From: Psilocybe cubensis | Taxonomy: Eukaryota | Length of the DNA: 64,000 nt | Reading direction: 5' to 3' | Assembly (NCBI GenBank): GCA_017499595.2 | Contig: CM039001.1 | Location: forward strand, 248,001-312,000 | In this document: positions 12,997-23,885 of the stretch, in pieces | Numbering within the stretch: the first letter of the stretch is position 1 | Layout: each line of letters opens with the position of its first letter | Notes under the pieces: generated by a model | Seen by the model: the letters and a program-made list of their open reading frames with translations, nothing else | Told to the model about the DNA's origin: nothing | The model's database searches: none | Translations under genes and position numbers: made by a program

Positions 12997-14936
12997 GGGT
13001 CATCGTTATCATCTTCATCATCATCATCGTCATCCCAAACACGGGCGATATTTGGTTCGATACAACTTGGGCCTGGACGACTGGTATTGAACCTGGACAC
13101 TCCTTATATTTCTCGTTATGCACTTTTTCTTTTTCTTTTTCGTTTTTTATAGATTTCCTTTTTTTTGGACGATTATAGGATTTTATTACTTTTTTTCCGA
13201 CTCTCTCTCTCTCTTTCTCTCTCGCTTGATTGATCGATCGATACGCGTACGCGTACCCGTATGCTTGCTTGTTCCTGTCTCCTGTCTCGTCTCGTCTATT
13301 CCATCCTAGTAGCATATCCACATCATTATCCCATTTTCCGTTTTCCATTTTCCATTTCTCATATCGCACATTATTACTTCACATCACATCACGTCATACA
13401 TCATACATCATATCATATCATACACACTCGCACCGCAACCGCAAAACACAATCGCACATTACGTCTATGCCTACGCCTACGCCCTCTCTCTTGTCGTTTT
13501 TTTTTTCTTTTTCGGACATCTCGACACTTCACTCGGACGCTCCGTCATCCCCATACATATATATAATGTGTAACGAAAATGAATAGTAGTTAGTCGTTTT
13601 TTTTTTTCTTTTCTTTTTTAGTTTTTAGGTTTTAGTATTACATAGTAGGACTTTTGTGGACCCCTCAGCTCCCTCCCTCTTTTTTTAGATATGTGCATGT
13701 ATGCATATATATTTGGTTTTGGTTTTTGGTGATTTTGTTTTGGTTGTTTGGTGGGTTTGGAATGAGTTGGGAGTTGTGAGTTGTAAGGTGTTACTTTACT
13801 CCCAATGACTCGGACGTGAAACGACGGGAGTGTTGCTTTATGACATTGATAGGAAGGGTTTAATTAGTGGGTCGCGTATCGCGGAGCGTGTTCAGGCAGG
13901 TCTGTGCCATCTGCGGAGGTTATGCAGCACCTCACTGCGTTGAACACTTTTAACATATGTAACCGGTGCAATATTGAACACACCACCCATGGTCTTGGTC
14001 AACATCTTGGTTTCACGCTTCGGATGCTGGTCTGTTACTTAACGTTCGACTCGGATGACTGCGTGAATAGTTCACGTTCTCCTGGTCCCAAATAGCCGCA
14101 AACTCGGACGTCAAGCTCTTTAGCTCGCTCGCTTCCCCCAAGAAGACTGATGATGCGGGTGGTAGGACACCGTTGTTCATCCGCAATGCATAGGCTATGC
14201 GTGCTCTTGAGTTCAGATTACTTGCAATAGTTATCAGTTTAATTTATTAGTCTGGCACTGCCCTCATTTAACTAACAGCTGCAGGGCCGAACATGAGTGT
14301 TCCTATATTAATAGGAGGTAAAGTACTAACTCGCTGATCGTGATAACCCTTTTTATCGCCTAAGCATGGCTGTAGAAGCCTGGTTTTGAACAGGCTGTTA
14401 ATACACATGAACGCGCGTGCATTTGTAGGTCAAACTAGAGAAAATTGATTAGCAGTTTAAAGCGTGTCTCGACGATCAGGAAGTGATGTGAGAACCACCA
14501 CTTTGTTGATGTCTGTGGCCCCTGTGTGTTCATCTGTTGACTAGTCTGTGGTGTTAAGTGTTCTGGATGTCTCGATTACTGGCAAATCAAGGTCCAGTAG
14601 CCTTGGTTGGTGTTACATGCCATACTATTGTAGTAAAGTGATAGTACATAATAACCCTTAATACACTAAATTTTGACGGAAGCCTGGCCTCACGAAGGGA
14701 GCGCTTAATACGACTTCTAATCGTCTTGCAATTGATTCCGCTAACAATGCCTGAGCCATTCTTTTTATCTATATAAAGGACTTTGTATGAACTCGTTTAT
14801 GCCAGGTTTCTACCCACATAACAATCTGGTAAGTTACTCCTTCTTCAAGATTTACATCCTCATCCACTGACCCGTCTTTCACTATGATGATTGACCATAT
14901 TCGCACTCGTACAGTGTACCAGCAAAGCCACACACA

Positions 14937-15173
14937 ATGAAGTTCACTACATCATTTATTTCGTCGGTCATGCTAGCAATCTCTTTGCAATTCGTGCAGA
15001 AAGCATCGGCTCTTCCCCAGGGTATCACATACTCTGGAAACAGGAATGGAGGAGCAGGGGGATCAAACTTCAATGGAGGAACGAATAACATTGGATCTTA
15101 CGGCCACGGAGGCTTCAATTTTGGAAATGGGGGTTCATACAACTTTGGAACTGGTTTTGGTTATCGTCCCTGA
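14937..15173 (+). CDS. Small secreted Gly/Asn/Phe/Tyr-rich protein (78 aa)
   Basis: Signal peptide MKFTTSFISSVMLAISLQFVQKASA|LP; TATATAAA at 14770-14777; probable 5' UTR intron GTAAGT 14829 to CAG 14914. Confidence 0.8.
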   Translation: MKFTTSFISSVMLAISLQFVQKASALPQGITYSGNRNGGAGGSNFNGGTNNIGSYGHGGFNFGNGGSYNFGTGFGYRP

Positions 15174-15490
15174 TTTGCCACGGACTCCAGAGGATGCGCG
15201 GCTGCAGAATAGATTGAAAAACAGCGCATAGAAATGATAAATAAATATAAAAGCTATCTTTGAAATAACACGAGTTATTTGGCTTGAGCTTTGCACAGCT
15301 ATAACATCTTGCAATGAAATATTATCCACAAATGTGCTGTTTTGTGACACAAGAACCATTATTGATACTACTCAGAGCTTTAAATCTGAATCATCACACA
15401 TCACACAGGTGTAAGTATAAGTAACTGGATTAGATTTGATTGTACATGTGTGTTAAAGTATTGATAAACCTTCTGGAAAGATTCTGTACT

Positions 15491-16030
15491 CTAATCCTCA
15501 TGTGGTGTTATGATATCCTCGACATCAATGCCTGCCCCAAAAATTTGGTCTGCTGGGTGTTTATAGATGTGCCATGCTAACCCCCTTAATTCGGTAAACC
15601 TTCTGGAAAGATGCGGTAAACCTTCTGGAAAGAGGCTATAAACCTCCTGGAAAGACGCGGTAAACCTTTTGGAAAGATGTCTTATTTTCCGGTGTTGACC
15701 TCTTAAAATACCGCGCACGTCAATGCCAGCATTCCGATACACTCTGCCGTTGAATTCCAGCCGTGTTGTGCGCATTCATAAGTGGTAGATTGTACTTTGT
15801 TCGGCTGTGCGGGCCAGATAGTCGGGGAGACCAGGATGATGCTCGTGCCGGCTTGGTGCATGGCCGATGGGGACTACATGGTGATGAGGTGGCTGTAAGC
15901 CTTCTGGAAATGTCCGGGTACTGCTGCTGCTGCTTCTGCTTCTGCTGGTGAGGTTGATTGGGGAGATTAATCTCCATGTGCGAGTTAATTGTGTTGTGTG
16001 AAAGGTGGGTTTACTGAGTATTGGAGGCAT
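15491..16030 (-). pseudogene. Possible orphan gene: two same-frame ORFs separated by one TGA (TGA-ATG)
   Basis: ORF 16030-15776 and ORF 15775-15491 are contiguous and in the same frame; no homology recognised. Confidence 0.3.
15592..15679. repeat. 22-bp tandem repeat x4 (CGGTAAACCTTCTGGAAAGATG consensus), with dispersed partial copies at about 15465 and 15896
   Basis: Units at 15592, 15614, 15636 and 15658 read directly. Confidence 0.9.
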
Positions 16031-17533
16031 GTTAGTAGTGGGGAATTTATAGGAATTCGAGGTGTCTTTGTAGGCACTCAGTGCCTCAGCGCTTTGAGTG
16101 GCACAGGTAAAACGGGCTGACGTGGCCAGCTGAATAGAAGCGAAAACGGAGGCGGGCCATGGCCGGGATGTCTTTTAAAAATGTATTATGTTTGCAGTCA
16201 CTGCCATTGGCATATCAAATTCTCTTTTGTGATGCTCGTAATCTGAAGCAGCATGGCCCTACATTGTTTTATCTACGTGTCTTCAATGGCCCTGCTAGCA
16301 ATGTTCTCGAATTGACCAGTCCATGCCATTCTCATACCGAAAAGGGACTGGTACGCATAAATGAATGTAGGTGATAAAATTGTTTGGGCTTTGTGGCCTA
16401 TTCAAATTTAGGCGGGCCACAATTTCGTGTCCAGCGGGTTTGCGCCGGTCATGTAGACAAGGTTCAAAATTCAACTTTGAATATCCTGTCTTACGCATTT
16501 ATCCAATATCCACTGCATAAACTCTCAATGCAGCTATCCCTCCCTTTCGCCACCAATCCACTACACCCGTTTACTGCTTCTGTTCTTGCAAAACACATAG
16601 CTGACGACTCGAAAGCCTGCGGCCATTTTTTGTGAGCTCGAGGAGGATTACCTTCTCATTGTTTCGCTGGTGAAAGAGAATACGATACCACAATGTACGT
16701 CCCAATGGATTTCAAAATCTAGTTACCGAGACCTTAAACAGCCAATGGTCGTTTTTGGGACATTTGCATGTGCTAAGAAGTGGAGCAGATTATGAACAGA
16801 AATGTAGAAAAAGCACAATAGGCCTCAGACGAGTGCAGAGGTAAGTGTGGACACCGTCAAAGTGTGAAGTCAGCCATCAATGCATCAAACGGATCACAAA
16901 CATGAGTCTCCGCTTTAATTGGTGTGCACGGACCAGGTATCGAGTCAATCAATGTATGCCTGTGAGCTTTTGGCAGACCTCTCGGCCACACTACCTCTAT
17001 GACATATCCATGACACCAGTTTTTTTTGAATGCTTGAGCTTGAATCTTGAGGCTTGAGGCGCGAACTGTTTGTTTTCTTTGACCCGTGTACCAACATCTA
17101 GTACCCGATTCGTAATAGTACAGCCGCTAGCCACCGAGCGATGTTGTACTCGGTTGTCTTCTACTATTAGTTATTTGTGGTCTAGTCAATGTTCTAGCCT
17201 GCACATTACGCTGAAATTGTAAGCTTCAAAGGCAACTTTTGCTGTTGTGAGCCAATACAAATCAGTTCTAGTGTGTTGCAGAGAAGTGCCTCCTCTTGCA
17301 TCCAACTAGCACAGATCTTGCTGACACTCTGAGCAAGTTGTACTGTATTGTCCACCCGAATAGTGTTCCCGTCCTATATAATGGTCCTTATCGGATCGTC
17401 AAAAGATGACAGTATTCAACCCCCACCTAACCAAGGTACGTTAATTGATACTAGCAGACTGAGCTCTAACAAACCGACTCACCCGTTTGCTGCAGTCTCA
17501 TACGCTCCCGTTTGAGGTACAGAGCTCACTAAC

Positions 17534-18125
17534 ATGCAGTGGTCTCCATCGCGATTGCTCTTCAATTTCAAGTTCACCTTCCTCGTAGCTGTAATCTCGG
17601 CATTACTACTACCCATGTCCCGCTGCTCTGCACTGCCTTCCATACGCAAGGAGTCCGAATCCGAGTCTGTGTTCAACGACATAACAATCCTACCAGACAG
17701 CATTGCTACCGTTAACGATGCCGCCTCTACATCCAACCCATCCGACTCCAGGCGCATGCAAGTCGATGACACCAGACCCCTTGCACTCGAATCTACACCC
17801 AAACTGATAATACGCCAGCTTTACCCCAAATTTCCGGCCCCAATGAGCATTGAAGTATGCAAAGAGTCTTTGCTCGCCTTGGGATGTCCGCTGGGGTATT
17901 ATAACCTTGATCTAGCTGCGGAGCTATCCTACATAGCACTACGAAAATGGAGAAAGGCCCATCCTGAACAGGACTTTTGTATTACATGCGTCAAACCTTC
18001 TGTTCCAGAGTAAGTCCCTTGAACCTATGTGTGGTCAAGTAAAGCGTATCTATAAGTATATGACCTCTTGTCCTTGTCTTTTTAGGTTCTCTCCAATTTA
18101 TTCTTCTGAAAAGAACCGCTCGTAA
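17534..18125 (+). CDS. Secreted hypothetical protein (about 171 aa, 2 coding exons) with four C-terminal cysteines
   Basis: Hydrophobic signal FTFLVAVISALLLPMSRCSA|LP; TATATAA at 17375; 5' UTR intron 17436-17495; coding intron 18010-18085; ends FSPIYSSEKNRS*. Confidence 0.7.
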
Positions 18126-18825
18126 ATTACAAATGTAGAAGGTAATTGTTTGATAAGTTTTCCTGTGGACAGTTGGAGATCTGATACGCCAATATCCAAT
18201 TTTAGGGCAGCAGCGAGGTAGGCAGCTAGACTGAGGATGGATTGAAAATATGAGTCTGACCAGAGTCTGACTGAGATACTATACATACAATGTTTGGTTG
18301 AAATCAAGTTTGTTGCGAAATATTTTGTGACTGTCACTTGGTCTTGTGCATCGATCAACTCACAGTCTTGAACAACGACACTACGCCATCAAACCATTAA
18401 ACCATCGTAACTTAACGCTCATTTTCGTGATGCATCTAGAGATGGTATGGCGCATTCGCCCTGATGGATGACTCAATACTAAGTTGCAGCCAATATTATA
18501 GATCCGGATCAACTCGAGTTCTCCCTAATTTATATCAACTTGAAGCATCGCGCCATTCAGTTTGGGAAGGGGTATGATTCGAATCGTCTCATTGACAGAA
18601 GATCACCGGGTCGCCATGTGGGAAATGAAGGAGGGTTCGCCTGTCATGCTTGATAAGTAGGCTCTATGCAACTGCGACGACCCCTTCCCCAGTAGAAGGA
18701 CGTCCTGCCTCGGTCGTTATCGCTATCGTTCTCGTTCGTCGTTCGCGTCCGTGTTCTGGACTTTTCGCGTGTTGAGTTGAGCGGGAGGACTTTGGTTTAG
18801 CTCTACTTTCGTTCTTGTGTTCGAA

Positions 18826-21204
18826 ATGGCGTCCCCCGAGGAGAAGACCGCTGCTTCTTCATCAAGATCCAGTATCTCCAAACATGAACCTGGAACCGAC
18901 AATGACAATGGCGACCTACCCAAGCCCAGCAATCACAACTCGCGTTCGGGCACGGCAGTCAGCAGGCTATGGAGGGCACTTCGCGCAGAGAAGGGAAATG
19001 AGACGCAGCGCGGGATGCAGAGTCGGCATTTGATGATGATTGGTACGGTTGGTGTCCATCCTGTCGGTGCCAGTGGTTGATCTCATTTCGTGATCTTTTT
19101 AGCTATTGGAGGTACCATTGGTACAGGCATATTTCTGAGTGCGGGGTCGGTATGTGACGTTGGGCTCGATACCTCGTACTCTGATTTACATTCCATTGTC
19201 TGGTTATTGCAATAGGCTATCGCGTTAGCCGGTCCTGGAAGTGCACTACTCTCCTATTTTGTTGTTGGACTTTTCGTTTACACCGTAGTGATTGCCCTGT
19301 GAGCTGCAACGTGCTCTTCCTTTCGCAATACGGATCTTCCTTACCAAAGATTTACTTACAGAGGCGAAATGTCATCCATGTACCCTGTGTCAGGCGCCTT
19401 CTCGGTATTTGGCGCGCGATTCGTGTCTCCTGCCCTGGGCTTTACTCTAGGATGGAATTACTGGTTACAATGGTACGAAGAACTTCCTTTTTTATTTTAT
19501 TTTATTGGAGAGTTGGCTGATGTTCGTCGGTTCGTAGGAGTCTTTCAATTCGTAACGAATCCTCTACATTTGCGCTGAACCCATACTGAAACTTGTGGTC
19601 TAGCAAGCGAATTGACAGCAGCGGCTGTCATTCTACAATACTGGACAGATGCTTTGCAACCGTGGCATTGGGCCATCGTTATCATCGTTCCAATTTTTGC
19701 GATTCAGTTAATCCATGTCAGGGTGTACGGTCAGTTTGTTTGAAACATTATAACATTCAACCGTGACCTATAACCATTGCTCCAGGAGAATCGGAATACT
19801 GGTTTGCAATGATAAAAGTGGTCATGATCATTTTCTTCATCATAGTAGGGTTGATTTTCGACTGGGGAGGAGTAAAAGGCCATCCTGGCCCTGTAAGTTG
19901 TTATCTCCTTGACGCGTAGCTTCTGGTTAATGAACGAATTTACCTGCAGGGACTTTCCAATTTCCAAAACGGCCAAGCATTCATCGGTGGCTTTGCAGCA
20001 TTTGCGCAGACCTTCGTATATGCGTTCTATTCTTTCGGAGGCATCGAGCTCGTCGCGGTTGCCGCTGGCGAATCCGCGAAGCCATACAAATCAGTTCCTC
20101 GCGCGATCAAAGCTACCTTCTTCCGCATCATCTTGTTCTATATCCTTACTATTTTGACTATTGGGCTGTGTATCAACCATGCGGATGATACTTTACTCAC
20201 AGCGGCATTTGGTATGTCATATTCTCCATAGTCATCCTGAATTATTACGAGGTTTACTGACCTACAAATCGCGAAATTAAGACAGTGACGTGGCTGCGTC
20301 GCCGATCACCGTTGTTTTTGTACGCGCGGGTTTTGGCGCAGCGGCGCACGTCGTCAATGCAGTGCTACTCACTGCAGTCTTGTCCGCGACAAATTCGTGT
20401 TTCTACGCCAGCTCACGAATGCTACTCTCGCTCGCCCGATCCGGCCACGCGCCGCGCGTCTTTGGTTGGGTCAACAGCCGCGGTGTGCCCGTTCCTGCTC
20501 TGATGTTCGTCCACCCTTTTTATTGTATAGAAAGAAAATTTTCTTACCAGCCAATGCCGATTTTAGGATGGCCCTCGCCTTTGCATGCCTCACATTCTTG
20601 ACCACAATCTGGGGTGAAGGCGTTGCGTTTACATGGCTGCTGAACATTACAGGCATCTCCGCCCTGCTCGTGTGGACCAGCATCGGCGCTATATCGATTC
20701 GATTCAGAACGGCGTATAAAGCGCAAGGACGGTCGTTGAAGGATCTGCCGTATCGCCAGCCTCTGTACCCATTGCTGCCTATCGGTGTGATTATCCTGGG
20801 GACGCTGATGTTCGTCGCGCAGGGGTATGCGGCTGTGAGACAGGAGCCGTTCGAGGCAAGGGTGAGTGTTATAAGGCTCTCCTAAGACAAATCGATTAAA
20901 CGCGCTAACGAATGACGAAACAACGATGTTTTAGAACGTGGTGGCCACCTACATCGGCGTCGCGCTTTATATCATCCTCTACACAGGGTACACACTGTAC
21001 GAGAAGTACGTCCTGCGCCGTCCGCTCAGCAGTCACTTTGTTCCACTTCAAGAGGTCGATCTCGACACGGACGCTGTCTGGGCTCCAGGCGAGGGCGAGT
21101 CTATACGTGCTGCGGACCGCAAAGCCCGCAAAGAGAGGATTCAAGCGAGCGACCGGCCGGGATTGACGAGGGTAGGGGTCTGGGTGAGGAGATACGTTAA
21201 TTGA
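18826..21204 (+). CDS. Amino-acid permease (APC superfamily, YAT/AAT type), multi-exon
   Basis: MQSRHLMMI|AIGGTIGTGIF; GEMSSMYPVSGAFSVFGARFVSPALGFTLGWNYW; YGESEYWFAMIKV; GIELVAVAAGES; LSATNSCFYASSRML; includes a 14-nt micro-exon 19538-19551. Confidence 0.93.
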
Positions 21205-23885
21205 ATCTTGTTTTTTTCTTCTTTGGGTAGAATGGGTTCGATTCGAAAAAGGTGTGTGGGTGTACACGCTATGTGTATGAGACTGTTCAAGGCTGCAAGC
21301 CGGGTACATATGCACTCAGACCGGTGTGATGCCAGGCACCATATACGATATTCGCCAGAGCTGGCTAGATGCTGGGTTTCATCCTCACTCTCAAGCGAAT
21401 GGCGAATGTATGCAGACGCGTGGGCGCACGCCTGAGATATCATGTGTTCATGAGGATCGCATGAGGTCAGGATTTGGTCAGATGAGGTCATTTCATTATG
21501 TTGCGCTCTTGGCCTCTCTAGCTTCTTTTTTTATAGCATTTTTATTTCACATCTACACAGGAGTATTCCGCTATGGTTCTGCATTTCAAGTTCATCGTGG
21601 AGTCCAGTGTGTAACAAAAAAAAGGTTGGCTGCATCGAACTTGATTCTTGGAGATTGAGATTCCGCTCTGCGCTTCCGTATGTTGAATACAACGCACTGC
21701 TTGACGGACAAAGCACGGGACAGAGATTTTATTCCTGCCATTTATCAGGAAATGGGGTGATATGGCTGCCGCTGCCCGCCTTGCCCAAGCCTGCTCAGCG
21801 TTGGCATATGATTACATCACATTGAATTAGACGACCTTGGGCGGGCGGCATACAGACGCTGGTGCGCACGACGCTTGAATGAATAAGCGTGGTGCACCCT
21901 TTTTCTCGTCTTGTCGGAATTTTGCGTTCTGTTATTATGCTCGAATACTTTACGCTCTTGGGTTTTCACGGATTAAGGTCTGTTAAGGTACATCATGTCA
22001 AGAATAGAACATATGGCGCTTGGTGTGGAGTATGGGGCACCAGAGTGCCAGCATCCTCCCCAGTTCCTCCCGTGTGGCGCGTCCAACATCGTCTCCGTCC
22101 CCCGTGGGCTGCATAACGTCGGACTTGGCGCAAAAAAGTATCCGCTCCGAGTTGTTACAGCAACATCGAGAGATAGTATCTCAGTGTGCTGCCAACTCGG
22201 ATTCTCGGACTCCAACGGCAGCGAGCCTACGACAAAAAATTTTACGTATCGCGGATACTCCATTGCCATGTGTAGCGCGCCGTAGGGCAGAGGGATAACG
22301 CGTATTACAATGCACCGAAACGACAAAATAAACAATCAGCCCTCGCCGTCCTTTTGATGTATAGTAGATTTGCCACTTTTGTGCTCCTTCCGAGATGCTA
22401 TCACTGTACATATCGCTGCGATGATAAGTGCGCTTCAGAACTTGAAACAATTCAAGATGTGGAACACGGTGTTCGATGTCCAAGTCTGCTCCAGCAAAGT
22501 CGCTTGGGAGCGTATCAAAGTGCGCGACATGTGCTCTAGGACTAAGTGAATGAGTGAATGCATAGTTCCACAGTTCGATAGGCTTCGCGGCTTGCCGTGC
22601 AATTCCAGCGTGATTTGATAGGCAGTTCCACAATGCGGGCAATTCGCTGAACTCGACTGAAGGGGTAGTTCCAAGCCAAGGTAGACCGCGTGCCACCCGC
22701 AAGTATCCGATGCGAAAGCATTTAAAAGTTACAGCACAATTCAATGGGAAGGCATGATTGCTCTTGATTAAATTTCGTTATGTTCGTTTTGCTAGCTTGA
22801 ATAGATAGAGGCCTTAGTGCATCAAGATGGCTATCTAAAGCTTTCGCTGACATTGTGTTAGTTTAAAAGGTTAGCTAATGATAACGGAAAAGAGACATTG
22901 TAACGTTGAGTATGGAATGACATCCAAATGAGGGTCTTTATCAATATATTCTTGCATTTGCCGTTGACCGTAAGTTGAGCGGCGGGTGGCGACGTCGGCG
23001 GGCGCAAATTGGAGTTGAACAACGGGAGTCGACAGGGACGATCGTCGTTCCCGATGAGGAAGGTGCAAACACTGACCAACAACGAAGGCTAAACGTTGTA
23101 GTCACCTCCTGCACGCATTCTCATCATCAACAAGACGAACGATCCATACTTTGTACACATGAAACTTGTGCTCAGTATACAGGACATCCAGACCGACTTG
23201 AATTGTTTCTATGTTCGTTGGAAATCGATGAACGTGCTCGAAAAAAGTTTTCAAAAAAATTCTAGGCGAGGAATTGGCAAAACGTCGACGCAAACAAATG
23301 TTCTAAATATAGCGCAGCGGATGCCTCTTTCGGCCGGTTTGGATGTTATTCACCGCCTTCAAAATTTTTTTCGTTGCTTAAAGCCGACCCGCTGCATTAA
23401 TCTAGTCATCTTCAATGAATGTCGCGGCTACCCAAGGATAATCGTCAATTTTTATGCACCACAGGGTATTATATGACGCGTCTACTACTCCAACGATCGC
23501 TCACAGACATCTTTCGTTTGTGCAGAGCAAAACAGATTTCAGTCTGTACTACATCAACCACATCTTTCATAGAACAAAGCAGAGTAGCACAAGAAGAAAC
23601 CAACACTTTCAGTTTGCTTTCAGTTACTATCTGCGGTTTAGACGCCTATGCGGGGCTTATTGGCACACGATCTCGGGAATCTGGACAAATTCGCTTGGCA
23701 GAAAGTGTTCAACGCCAAGAATCCGCTCCCATGTGCATTTGCAAAGGTGGCTTGTGGAGGTCGACCGAGCTTCGATAAGCTCTAGCGTCTCAGCAAAGCA
23801 TGGCTATAAATTCAACGCGGATTTCTGAAGGGGTCCCTTCACGCCTCTCTCTCACCACAAGACTGACCGTCGTCCAGCTGCAACA

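Noticed and set aside
15592-15679. CRISPR-like appearance of the 22-bp repeats
   Set aside because: Units are directly adjacent with no unique spacers, there are no cas genes, and the context is eukaryotic
22181-22744. 187-aa minus-strand ORF between the permease and PTR2
   Set aside because: Non-ATG start, no recognisable motifs or splice support; probably a chance ORF
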